62,181 bases of DNA from Candidatus Woesearchaeota archaeon (GTDB taxonomy: Archaea > Nanobdellota > Nanobdellia > SCGC-AAA011-G17 > UBA489): the NCBI GenBank assembly GCA_964622835.1, contig CAZUSA010000003.1, positions 1 through 62,181 on the forward strand, in the 5' to 3' direction. This document shows positions 39,673 through 52,009 of the stretch, piece after piece. Within the stretch, counting starts at the first letter, position 1, and the number at the start of each line of letters is the position of its first letter. The notes beneath the pieces were generated by a model. The model did not search any database. It was not told the origin of the DNA and saw only the letters and a program-made list of their open reading frames with translations. A program made the position numbers and the translations under genes.

Positions 39673-41283
39673 TGAAGGCAAGTATTGTGGAATCGAAGTA
39701 GAGCAAATATAACCTGTTAAAATAGAATATTAAGAAAGAAAGTTAGTAAGATCGTACAATTCCCGTTGATCCTGCGGGAGGTCGCTGCTTTCGGGATTCG
39801 ACTTAGACATGCAAGTCAAGATCCCTTCGGGGGTCGGCGAAAGGCTCAGTAACACGTCGATAATCTGCCCTATGGTCTGGAATAACTTCGGGAAACTGAA
39901 GGTAATACCGGATAGAAGATGAATACTGGAAGGTTTCTTCTTTGAAAGATTACGCCATAGGATGAGTCGGCGGCTGATTAGGCTGTTGGTGAGGTAACGG
40001 CTCACCAAACCAACGATCAGTAGGGGGTATGAGAGTACTGTCCTCGAGAAGGGCACTGAGACAAGGGCCCTAGCCCTAAGGGGTGCAGCAGTCACGAGAA
40101 CTTTACAATGCACGAAAGTGTGATAGGGGAATCCCGAGTGCTTACGTTAAGTAGGCTTTTGTTAAGTGTAAGGAGCTTAACGAATAAGTGGTGGGTAATA
40201 CTGGTGCCAGCCGCCGCGGTAACACCAGAGCCACTAGTGGGGACCATTTTTATTGGGTCTAAAGCGTCCGTAGCCGGTTTGACAAGTCTTTCGTGAAATT
40301 GTTTCGCTTAACGGAGCAACGTGCGAGAGAAACTGTTAGACTTGGGACCGGGAGACGATAAGAGTATGCCTTGGGGAGCGGTAAAATGTTTTAATCCTTG
40401 GTAGACTTCCGATAGCGAAGGCACTTATCGAGAACGGGTCCGACGGTCAGGGACGAAGGCTGGGGGAGCAAAACGGATTAGATACCCGTGTAGTCTCAGC
40501 AGTAAACGCTGCCTATTATGTGTTGCGTATCCCACGAGGGTATGCAGTGCCGTAGAGAAGTCGTTAAATAGGCCACCTGGGTAGTACGATCGCAAGATTG
40601 AAACTTTAAGGAATTGGCGGGGGAGCACTACAATCGGTGACGCGTGCGGTTTAATTTAACTCCACACAGAAAATCTCACCATGGGCGACGGCAGGATGAA
40701 GGTCAGATTAAAGGTCTTACCTGACGAGCCGAGAGATGTTGCATGGCCGCCGTCAGCTCGTGCCGCAAGGTGTCCGGTTAAGTCCGGCAACGAGCAAGAC
40801 CTGTACCATTAGTTGCTAGCGAGTCCTTCGGGATGATCGTGCACACTAGTGGGACTGCCTTGGTAACGAGGAGGAAGGTGCAGGCAACGGTAGGTCTGTA
40901 TGACTCGAATCTCATGGGCTACACGCGCGCGGCAATGGTTTGGACAATGGGATGCAACACCGAAAGGTGAAGCTAATCCTCGAAACCAAATCTCAGTCCA
41001 GATTGAGGGTTGTAACTCACCCTCATGACGCTGGAATCGATAGTAATCGTTTATCATTAGTGAACGGTGAATACGTCCCTGTTCCTTGCACACACTGCCC
41101 GTCAAATCAACCGAGCAGGGTCTGAGTGAGGATTGCATTCCGGTGCGATTCGAACTTAGATTCAGTGAGGTGGGTTAAGTCGTCACAAGGTATCCGTAGG
41201 GGAACCTGCGGATGGATCACCTCCTATTTTATTATTATGAACATGGTTTATGTTCTACTTCACCATTGAAATGCTTGCCTTCA
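39673..41283 (+). other. Pre-16S processing stem with a bulge-helix-bulge-like motif
   Basis: 39673-39720 pairs with 41231-41283 (TGAAGGCAAGTATT/AATGCTTGCCTTCA; GAAGTAG/CTACTTC). The central GTGG/CCAT helix has a TGA bulge on one side. Confidence 0.75.
39759..41225 (+). rRNA. rrs: 16S rRNA (archaeal)
   Basis: ATTCCCGTTGATCCTG start, GTGCCAGCCGCCGCGGTAA, GGAATTGGCGGGGGAGCAC, GGATCACCTCCT end; about 1,467 nt. Confidence 0.98.
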
Positions 41284-41337
41284 CTCTGCTTTTTTTAAAA
41301 CACTATTATTTTAAAGAGGTATTTTATTTTTCCTTGG

Positions 41338-41907
41338 ATGCATCTTACAGTCGTTTGTCAAAATGGTACAAGAAGAAGTGCAGCACTTGCTGCATATATT
41401 GAATATCATAGAAAGGAGAATCTTATTGATGGATTAACTGTTAAAAAAGCAGCAATAACAGATAAAAATCAATTGCGGGAACAAAGTAAACAATCAGGTC
41501 GTTTGAGAGCCTGTGAAACAGCATGTTTTGCAAATTATTCATTGGAGGTAAGACAATTACGCCAAGCTCGGGCTGATGTGCATCCACGCATTGGTATTAT
41601 TTTATTACAAGAGGGCATTACTCCCGTTCTTGAACAACGCGTACAAATACTTACACCTGAAATTATTGATGATTCGGATTTAGTGTTAACAGCAACGGGA
41701 GATATGAAAATTACTGCTCAGGGATTGACACCTCACCAAGAAAGAGTGCAAACAATTAGAGAGTATTGTGGTAGGGCTCAAGGTGGTTTAGATGTTCCGG
41801 ACGTTCGAAGGTATATGACACTATTCACAAAAGGGCGTGTTAAACGTGATCGTAAACTCTGCATTGAATTAAGAGAATATGCATTGGATATAATAAACAA
41901 GCTTTAA
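41338..41907 (+). CDS. LMW phosphatase/arsenate-reductase-like protein (divergent)
   Basis: VVCQNGTRRS (CX5R[S]), DSDLVLTA and DVPD motifs. Confidence 0.7.
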   Translation: MHLTVVCQNGTRRSAALAAYIEYHRKENLIDGLTVKKAAITDKNQLREQSKQSGRLRACETACFANYSLEVRQLRQARADVHPRIGIILLQEGITPVLEQRVQILTPEIIDDSDLVLTATGDMKITAQGLTPHQERVQTIREYCGRAQGGLDVPDVRRYMTLFTKGRVKRDRKLCIELREYALDIINKL

Positions 41908-41934
41908 AAACAGCAGGTGTGCTCAAAAATGAAT

Positions 41935-42008
41935 GGGCCTGTAGTTCAGCCTGGTAGAACGCCTGCTTTGCAAGCAGGAGGCCGTGGGTTCGAATCCCGC
42001 CGGGTCCA
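41935..42008 (+). tRNA. tRNA-Ala(TGC)
   Basis: Full cloverleaf; anticodon arm CCTGC-TT-TGC-AA-GCAGG; GGTTCGAATCC T arm; CCA not encoded. Confidence 0.97.
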
Positions 42009-42080
42009 TACAACATTCTTATTAAAGAAATATTTCTTCTAACAATAAAGTTATATAACCTCTACTAATTATGTCTCATC

Positions 42081-42773
42081 ATGAAATCTTTTGAAGAGCT
42101 TGGTAAATGGGCAGGCACTGATAAAATTACTGCACATGGGTATCATAGGTTCTATCCTATTTTTTTAGAAAAGTATCGTGATAAGAAAATTACTATGTTT
42201 GAAATTGGAACAGAGAAACATAGGTCTCTTAGGTTGTGGGAAGAATATTTTCCTTTAGCTAAAATTTATGGGATTGATATTTCTATTGGTTACCCTTTCC
42301 GAAGGGGAGAGGTTTTTAAGGGAGACCAATCAGATATTGGTTTTCTAAAACAAGTTATTAAGAAAATGGGATCAAAAGTTGAATTTATCCTTGATGATGG
42401 TTCGCACAAACCAGAACATCAATTAAAAACCTTTATTTTTTTGTTTGATGAATTGTTAAAAGATGGGGGAGTTTATATTATTGAAGATATAGAGACTAAC
42501 TATTGGAAGAAAGGAACTCTGTATGGAAACGTAATCGAAAAAGGGTATAAGCATAAGGATTCTGTTGTTGAGATCTTCAAAGATATGATTGATAAGGTAA
42601 ATGAAAAATTTGTGAAAGATAAATCTGTCTTTGATACATCTGTGATTCCTAAGCATGTCCAAGATAAAATAGGTTTAATCTCTTTCCAGTGTAATTCAAT
42701 AATAATAAAGAAAAAAGATGAAAAAGATGAGCCCTATGATGGTGGGAAATACTACTTTAAGGATGCATTATAA
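42081..42773 (+). CDS. Class I SAM-dependent methyltransferase (MycE-like)
   Basis: TDKITAHGY, FEIG, YGIDI, GDQSD, ILDDGSH and YIIED motifs. Confidence 0.85.
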   Translation: MKSFEELGKWAGTDKITAHGYHRFYPIFLEKYRDKKITMFEIGTEKHRSLRLWEEYFPLAKIYGIDISIGYPFRRGEVFKGDQSDIGFLKQVIKKMGSKVEFILDDGSHKPEHQLKTFIFLFDELLKDGGVYIIEDIETNYWKKGTLYGNVIEKGYKHKDSVVEIFKDMIDKVNEKFVKDKSVFDTSVIPKHVQDKIGLISFQCNSIIIKKKDEKDEPYDGGKYYFKDAL

Positions 42774-42792
42774 TACGTCAAACATTTTTATG

Positions 42793-43581
42793 TTATAGTG
42801 TTATTTTCTTTTTTGTAACAGTGAGTAATCCTTCTGTTGCCATTTCTTTAACTAATCCAATAATCCATTCTTCATCTTTTTCAAACTGTTCACACAAATC
42901 ACTAATCAATACTTCCTTTTCTTGAACGAGTTGTTTCATTATTTGTCCACGATACCATCGTCGTGATCCTTTGAATATTGATTGTGTTGATTTTGGTTTG
43001 ATCCCTGTTTTTTTACTTGTTAATACTGTTGATCCATAGTCCATTAAGGCATTATGCCAGTCACATGATTTATTGTTGGGTATGACTGATTGTGCTACGT
43101 CTTGTAATTGTTTATCACTAATGGTTTCTTCTAACTGTAATTCATGGATTAAGATTCTTCTAATATTGGTATCAACACACGCACAGGGCATATTAAAAGC
43201 AAAACTTAAGATGGCATTGGCAGTATATGGGCCTACCCCTGGTAACGATAAGAGGAGTTCATGGTCTTTTGGCAGTTTACCGTTATATTTCTCAGTTACA
43301 GTTTTTGCAAGTTCATGTAATCGTACTGCCCGACTATTAAATCCAAGGCCGGACCACAGTGCTAAAACATCCCCGCGCGAAGCTGTTGCTAATTGTTGTA
43401 TCGTCGGAAACTGTTTCAAGAATGCTTCATACTTTGGAATGACTCGATCAACTTGTGTTTGTTGTAACATCGTTTCAGAAACTAATATCTTATACGCATC
43501 TGTTGTTTTTCTCCAAGGAAGATCACGTTTATTTTCTTGATACCATATTAATATTTTCTCTTGAAACGACGGAATGTCCAT
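42793..43581 (-). CDS. mutY: A/G-specific adenine glycosylase (short form without Fe-S cluster)
   Basis: RDLPWR, VSETMLQQTQV, LPGVGPYTA and VDTNIRR motifs; the four cluster Cys are absent. Confidence 0.88.
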   Translation of the reverse strand: MDIPSFQEKILIWYQENKRDLPWRKTTDAYKILVSETMLQQTQVDRVIPKYEAFLKQFPTIQQLATASRGDVLALWSGLGFNSRAVRLHELAKTVTEKYNGKLPKDHELLLSLPGVGPYTANAILSFAFNMPCACVDTNIRRILIHELQLEETISDKQLQDVAQSVIPNNKSCDWHNALMDYGSTVLTSKKTGIKPKSTQSIFKGSRRWYRGQIMKQLVQEKEVLISDLCEQFEKDEEWIIGLVKEMATEGLLTVTKKKITL

Positions 43582-43646
43582 GGGTGTTACAAAAGTTGTT
43601 GTTCTTTAAAAAGCTTTGAGGAAATTGTTTTAAAGAGTCTAAAAAT

Positions 43647-44006
43647 ATGTTGCTGATGAAAAATAGATTTTTTTTTGAACAAGGAACAGATATTTCATTA
43701 ACAACACAAAGAAAATTAAGAGACATTCTCAATAGTGTAACGTTGAGTGTGGAAGTATGTCAAAGAAATAAGAGACCGGGTCAACGTCATTTTCCTCATC
43801 TGAGAGTTTCTCGTAGTCCTCAAGCAGCGAGGGCAACGTATACCCTTGCAACAGACCAATCATTAAGGAGTAATTTATGTGCTATGGATAGTACTGAGCC
43901 GTGTAATGATCTTGTACAACGTGGTGATACGTTGGAACTTCGGATGAATGGGTATACATTTTATTTTCCTGATGTTCCAAGGATTGATCGGTATACGCCT
44001 GTCTAA
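43647..44006 (+). CDS. Hypothetical protein
   Basis: 119-aa ORF. Confidence 0.5.
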   Translation: MLLMKNRFFFEQGTDISLTTQRKLRDILNSVTLSVEVCQRNKRPGQRHFPHLRVSRSPQAARATYTLATDQSLRSNLCAMDSTEPCNDLVQRGDTLELRMNGYTFYFPDVPRIDRYTPV

Positions 44007-44234
44007 ATTCATCAAGCACAACCTTTAAATACCCTTTTTTGATAAATTCCTCTTATGATATCGTACCAATGATGTAGCTTCTATTCTTCTTAGGTTATGT
44101 CTGGCGATTGTCAGGAATATTCTAAGTTCGGAAGTATTGGTCGTTATTTTTGTGCAGCTTTCCCCGTAACAAAATCTGAATGGGGTCGGTGAAGTGTAAA
44201 CATATTGTAGTACGTAAAGTATTTCATATTTACA

Positions 44235-47256
<3,022 letters not shown>

Positions 47257-47287
47257 TTTTTTTATTTTATTAAAGATAGTGTGAACG

Positions 47288-48109
47288 CTAAAAAAAATCA
47301 CCTAGTTTTTGTTGTCGTCCTAAAGATATTTTCTTTGTTGGTTTTGTTGTAGGTACATTAGTCCATGCAGGACATTGTTGTTTGTATTCGCAGTAGTCGC
47401 ATAATTTGCTGATGGTTGTTGGATAGTCTGTACAGGATTCGATAGTATCGATGTTTGTTTCTATGGTTTGTTTCAAGATGTGTAGTTGTTCGTCTGTTCT
47501 CACAGAGGTTACTTCTGTGTTGGGTGTTAGAAAGCGCCATAATAAGGTGACTGTTTTTGCGTCAGGATGATTATTTTTTACCCATAGTGCATACATGGCA
47601 AGTTGTGTGTCTTTGTCTACGTCTGATTGTGATTTTGCGAGTCTACTTGTTTTGTAATCTATAACGTAATAATTATTGTCTGTATCTTTTGCTAATCGAT
47701 CGATGCGAATGTGATAGGACTTTCCATCAGCTAATGGCAAAATATCTCTCGTTTCTAGTCCTAATGTAATAAGTTTTGTAAAGGGAACGTACTGATCATA
47801 GTAGGTCATTAATGTTGTTAGACCGTGGTGTTTGTAATCATCAGGAGTCATATGTTCTTTGGCTATAGTAATGGATGGTTTCCATCGTTTGGTCCATCGT
47901 TCTAAGTAGGCTTTCAAGAGATTTTCTTTCGTTAATGTTGTTCCATGTTGGATGGCTGTATACAATACTTCTAAAGCCTCATGCACACGGGATCCCATGA
48001 AGGCTTCTATGCTTTCAAAGGGTGTTCGTATTTTGTCGATGTAGTTGAGTTTGTATTTGTATTTACATTGAAAGAACGTGTTGATGCGTGAGTGTGAATA
48101 GGTGACCAT
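47288..48109 (-). CDS. PD-(D/E)XK nuclease (RecB/Cas4-like) with Cys cluster
   Basis: YSHSRINTFFQC, RIDRL, VIDYKT, QLAMY and CDYCEYKQQC motifs. Confidence 0.88.
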   Translation of the reverse strand: MVTYSHSRINTFFQCKYKYKLNYIDKIRTPFESIEAFMGSRVHEALEVLYTAIQHGTTLTKENLLKAYLERWTKRWKPSITIAKEHMTPDDYKHHGLTTLMTYYDQYVPFTKLITLGLETRDILPLADGKSYHIRIDRLAKDTDNNYYVIDYKTSRLAKSQSDVDKDTQLAMYALWVKNNHPDAKTVTLLWRFLTPNTEVTSVRTDEQLHILKQTIETNIDTIESCTDYPTTISKLCDYCEYKQQCPAWTNVPTTKPTKKISLGRQQKLGDFF

Positions 48110-48225
48110 TTCTTGAAAGAAAGAATAAAGATTATTTAAGCATTTACTCATTGGTTAAAGAGTGAATAAAAACCTTTAAAAAGGGCTCGTGGTTAAAATC
48201 GTCGCAGTAAAGGTACGAAAGTAAC

Positions 48226-48666
48226 ATGACACATAACCATCAAGAATTAGTTTTAGTACAATCTTCTGGCATCCATAATAAGGGTGTTTTTGCACGTCGT
48301 GACATTCCTAAAGGGACGTATATTATGGAGTATATTGGCAAGAAGATTACGAATGAAGAAGCTGATCGTATTTCTGAAAAGGAAGTTGAAAATGGTGTTG
48401 TATACTTATTTGGTTTAGATGAAAAGTGGACGATTGATGGTGATATTCCTGAGAATGATATGAAATATGTTAATCATTCGTGTGAACCTAATGCTGAATC
48501 TATTAACGAAGACGACCATATTTGGGTTGTTGCTTTACGTGATATTAAGCAAGGCGAAGAAATAGTCTATGATTATTGTTTAGAAACGGAAGATCATGAA
48601 GATCACCCCTGTAAATGCGGTTCTATAAAATGTACAGGTTTTATTCCTAAAATTAAAAAGAAATAG
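48226..48666 (+). CDS. SET-domain lysine methyltransferase
   Basis: SGIHNKGVFA, YVNHSCEPN, GEEIVYDY and post-SET CKCGSIKC motifs. Confidence 0.93.
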   Translation: MTHNHQELVLVQSSGIHNKGVFARRDIPKGTYIMEYIGKKITNEEADRISEKEVENGVVYLFGLDEKWTIDGDIPENDMKYVNHSCEPNAESINEDDHIWVVALRDIKQGEEIVYDYCLETEDHEDHPCKCGSIKCTGFIPKIKKK

Positions 48667-48695
48667 AAGATGGAATTTTCCACCATTCTAAAAAT

Positions 48696-49571
48696 TTATC
48701 CTCCAAAGAATCTGGAGAGCCATCCAAACATTTTCTTTAAAATATTTGTTTGTTCTTGAATATCTTCACATGTCCCATATCGTGCGGAGTTACTGATACA
48801 TTCGTAATCATTTTGTGCAGATTCACCATCTTGGAGTTGTGCTTTAATTAAACCATCAATGTCACAATAACCATCAACACTTTCTTGTTCAATACGCATT
48901 CCAGTTGGAAGACAATGTTCTTCTTCACGAAGATAACATCCATCTACACAAGAAGGTTGCACTGTTTCACCAGGTGAAGGTGTATTTGTCCTATAAACAA
49001 CATCAGTTTCTGTAGGGTGTGGTGGTATATATTTATCACCATTGTCTCGTTGACAAATGTCATAAATATTTTCTTTACAGTAGTTTCTAATATACTCGTC
49101 AATATCTATAATATTATCAGTAAGCAGGATGTCTGTTGTTAAACAATCTCTGTAGAGGGCAATACAGATAGCACTGCCTTCTAATTCATCATCATCAAAA
49201 ATACTTTCAATATAATCTTCATCATCAAAAATACTTTCAATATAATAATCATCATCAATTTCTCTGATTTCAACTTCACAACCTTCATCGTCTTCAACGT
49301 CTTTAATGCGAAGTTCTGTAGTGCTGGTTACGGCTTTGGTTACGCCTTCGTTAATCCATCCAAAGTCTTGACCATCCCATGTAATGCGGCAACGTTTTGT
49401 TGTTTCATCAATATCAGTTACTTCAAAAGCAACTGTTGTTGTGTCTTCAAGAGTAACTGTTGTGGATACTCCTTCAATAATATCTCCTTTGAAAAAGACA
49501 TCATCAGATGCATTTGCAAGTGGTAATGTTAATACTAACAATGCTATCACCAGCAATATGTTTTGTTTCAT
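48696..49571 (-). CDS. Secreted protein with shared C-terminal Cys-rich module (paralog 1)
   Basis: Signal peptide ending PLANA; AQNDYECISNSARYG; GGAGG SD before MKQN. Confidence 0.8.
   Translation of the reverse strand: MKQNILLVIALLVLTLPLANASDDVFFKGDIIEGVSTTVTLEDTTTVAFEVTDIDETTKRCRITWDGQDFGWINEGVTKAVTSTTELRIKDVEDDEGCEVEIREIDDDYYIESIFDDEDYIESIFDDDELEGSAICIALYRDCLTTDILLTDNIIDIDEYIRNYCKENIYDICQRDNGDKYIPPHPTETDVVYRTNTPSPGETVQPSCVDGCYLREEEHCLPTGMRIEQESVDGYCDIDGLIKAQLQDGESAQNDYECISNSARYGTCEDIQEQTNILKKMFGWLSRFFGG
49189..49258. repeat. In-frame 30-bp tandem repeat
   Basis: 28-bp identical units at 49189 and 49219 plus a partial third, encoding YIESIFDDE/D. Confidence 0.85.
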
Positions 49572-49616
49572 AATGTTTTCCTCCATTCTGTCTTATTATG
49601 AGTAATATGTGTCATT

Positions 49617-50828
49617 TTATCCATCAAAGATGTTCGAAAACCAACTAAACATTTTTTTGATGATATTTGTTTGTTCTGCCACAGGTTCACAGACATTGTA
49701 TCGTGCTGAGTTACTTTGACATTCATAGTTGTTTTGTGCTGGTTCATTATCTCTTTTTTGGAGTTGAAGTTCACCGGTAAGTGCACAGTAGCTTGCAACA
49801 TCATTGTAGACTAATCTTGTTCCATAGGTAAAACACCGATTCGCATTAGCCACATAACAACCAGTATCACAGGTTACTTCATCGTCTCGGGAGCGTTCGT
49901 ATTGTTCTTGTTCTCTTTGTTCAGGAGATGTAGGTGGTGGTGGTGTATATACGGAAGTTTCAAAGTTTTCTTTTTTATAAGCAGGTGTTGGTGAATCATA
50001 AATAACACCTGTTGTACTAGGGTGTGGTGCTGTTGGTTCATCAGGGCTAGCACAATCTTGCGGACACGTTGCTGCTGTTTCAGGATAGGAACAATAGGTA
50101 TCACCGCAGGTGGTTACATATTCTTCTACGAGTTTTTTTGCATATACTGTTTGCCCAATGTATGCTTTTTGGGCAAGGACTGTTGCTTGAGGGTCAAGAA
50201 TAAATACTGTTAGAAAAGATCCTGTGTTGTAGAGGGTATCGTCTTCAAAGGTAAAGGGCATGGATTCTGTAATAGTTGTTGTGCCTGCATTGAGATTAAT
50301 GCTTCCTTTGTTAGCATCTGTTGCTCCTTCTCCTGTTGGATATCCATTATTGTAAAAAATGTAAGGTACATTCTTTATTGCAGTTTTTGATTGAACAGTT
50401 ATTTCAAAAGTTACTTTACCAAAGTTTTCAGCATAGTGGTAACCATATTTATCAGGAGTTATAGAGGGTAATGTAATAGATGTTATACTCACGCTTGGTT
50501 TTATTGTTGTATCATCATCACGTATTTTTACACGACAACCTTCTGTTGTATCAATATCTTTAACTTCTACAACAACACCATTTATTGTTTGTTCTTCACC
50601 AATATTCATCCATCCAAGATCATCATCATCAATGGCAATACGACAACGTAATTGTGTGAGATCAAAGGTGGTAACAGCAACGTTTCTTGTTTGTTGTGCT
50701 GTAGTAAATGTAGCTGTACTGCCTTGATATATTGCTGTATCAAAGAGTGTTGCTCCTGTGGCACTAGCTAAGGGTAATGCAGTAAGTAAGAGGAGTATTC
50801 CTATGATTGTTGTGGTTGATAGTTTCAT
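49617..50828 (-). CDS. Secreted protein with shared C-terminal Cys-rich module (paralog 2)
   Basis: Signal peptide ending PLASA; CGDTYC..CPQDC; AQNNYECQSNSARY. Confidence 0.8.
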   Translation of the reverse strand: MKLSTTTIIGILLLLTALPLASATGATLFDTAIYQGSTATFTTAQQTRNVAVTTFDLTQLRCRIAIDDDDLGWMNIGEEQTINGVVVEVKDIDTTEGCRVKIRDDDTTIKPSVSITSITLPSITPDKYGYHYAENFGKVTFEITVQSKTAIKNVPYIFYNNGYPTGEGATDANKGSINLNAGTTTITESMPFTFEDDTLYNTGSFLTVFILDPQATVLAQKAYIGQTVYAKKLVEEYVTTCGDTYCSYPETAATCPQDCASPDEPTAPHPSTTGVIYDSPTPAYKKENFETSVYTPPPPTSPEQREQEQYERSRDDEVTCDTGCYVANANRCFTYGTRLVYNDVASYCALTGELQLQKRDNEPAQNNYECQSNSARYNVCEPVAEQTNIIKKMFSWFSNIFDG

Positions 50829-51012
50829 TGTGTTTCTCCGAAGTGGGTGTGGGGTGTCGAGGGAACACCCGCACACGGTTTTTTGTCAAGGTTATGAGAT
50901 ATTGACTGTGATGCAGATATAAATAAGTTCAGAGGATCTGCTTGCCGGGGGAGTAAGGTATGTGATCCGTTGAGTAAACAACGAGTAATTTGAGGTCCGT
51001 TTGGTAAAAAAG

Positions 51013-51927
51013 TCATTTTTTGAGCCACTCCGCTAGTTGTAATCGTTTAAGTTTTCCTTCTCGTGTTATTTCTAAAACACGCTTTGCTTCGAGTTTGTCT
51101 AAGATTCTTGTAAGTGTTGTTTTGGGTATACCCAATGCATGACGTACTTTTGATGATGTTGTTACATTGTTTTGTTCGATAACGTAGTCTACGATGGCTC
51201 GTTCTTTGTCACCAAGTGTTTTGAGTATGGTTTTTAATTCTCTACTTTCTTTTGGTTTTTGTACGACTGTTCGTTTACGTTTTTTTGTTCGTGTTCCCAT
51301 GAAATATAAGATGAGTCCTACAAGAATAAGTAATCCAAATATGTACAGTGATCGTTCTTGTGCACTCAATGGTTGATTTAAGACGATCATTGTTTCTTGT
51401 GGTTCACCTCGAACACTGGTTACTGTTACCGTTCCTAAAACATCTCCATTAGTTGCTGCAATAACACATCGTCCTGTAGGAACATACGCTGTAAAAGATC
51501 CATACTTGTCTGTTTTTTCTGGGAAGGCTAATGTTGTTGGTTTGTCACAGTCAAATTCTAATTGTGCTCCACGTACAAGATTTGCTAAATCATCTTGGAC
51601 ACTTCCACGTATGGGTGCAATAGCAATGAACGGTAATGCTGCTGTTTGTGTGTTGTCAAGTTTTCCTGAGTAGAAATAATCCATACCTTCGGTGTTGGGA
51701 TCTTCTAGGTGTATAGTAAAGGGTGATTGGACGAGTGTTCCATCAAGGATGATGTTTCCATCTAAGGCAAGAACGACACGTTGTTCTCCTCCCGTTGTGA
51801 TATGGGCAATAACATCCGTTAAGGGTTGACCTGATTGGTCGAGAAGTGTTACAGTGGTAAGTTCTGCTGCTGAGACGCTCGTAAGAGCGAGTAACGTACA
51901 GATAGCCATGACAAATGGTAGTTTCAT
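51013..51927 (-). CDS. Secreted beta-domains + TM + cytoplasmic winged HTH
   Basis: Signal peptide, internal TM, TTSSKVRHALGIPKTTLTRILDKLEAKRVL. Confidence 0.8.
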   Translation of the reverse strand: MKLPFVMAICTLLALTSVSAAELTTVTLLDQSGQPLTDVIAHITTGGEQRVVLALDGNIILDGTLVQSPFTIHLEDPNTEGMDYFYSGKLDNTQTAALPFIAIAPIRGSVQDDLANLVRGAQLEFDCDKPTTLAFPEKTDKYGSFTAYVPTGRCVIAATNGDVLGTVTVTSVRGEPQETMIVLNQPLSAQERSLYIFGLLILVGLILYFMGTRTKKRKRTVVQKPKESRELKTILKTLGDKERAIVDYVIEQNNVTTSSKVRHALGIPKTTLTRILDKLEAKRVLEITREGKLKRLQLAEWLKK

Positions 51928-52009
51928 TGTTTCCCTAGGTGTTTTCTTTTATTATGTTGTTTTTTATACCTTTTCTTTTATAAAAAAAGAAAAAAGGTGG
52001 ATAGAAACC

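Noticed and set aside
39730-41138. ORFs predicted across the 16S region
   Set aside because: They lie within continuous rRNA sequence of normal length, so they are shadow ORFs.
47288-48109. Cas4 as a sign of a CRISPR locus
   Set aside because: No repeat-spacer array or other cas gene was seen, so it is treated as a solo RecB-family nuclease.
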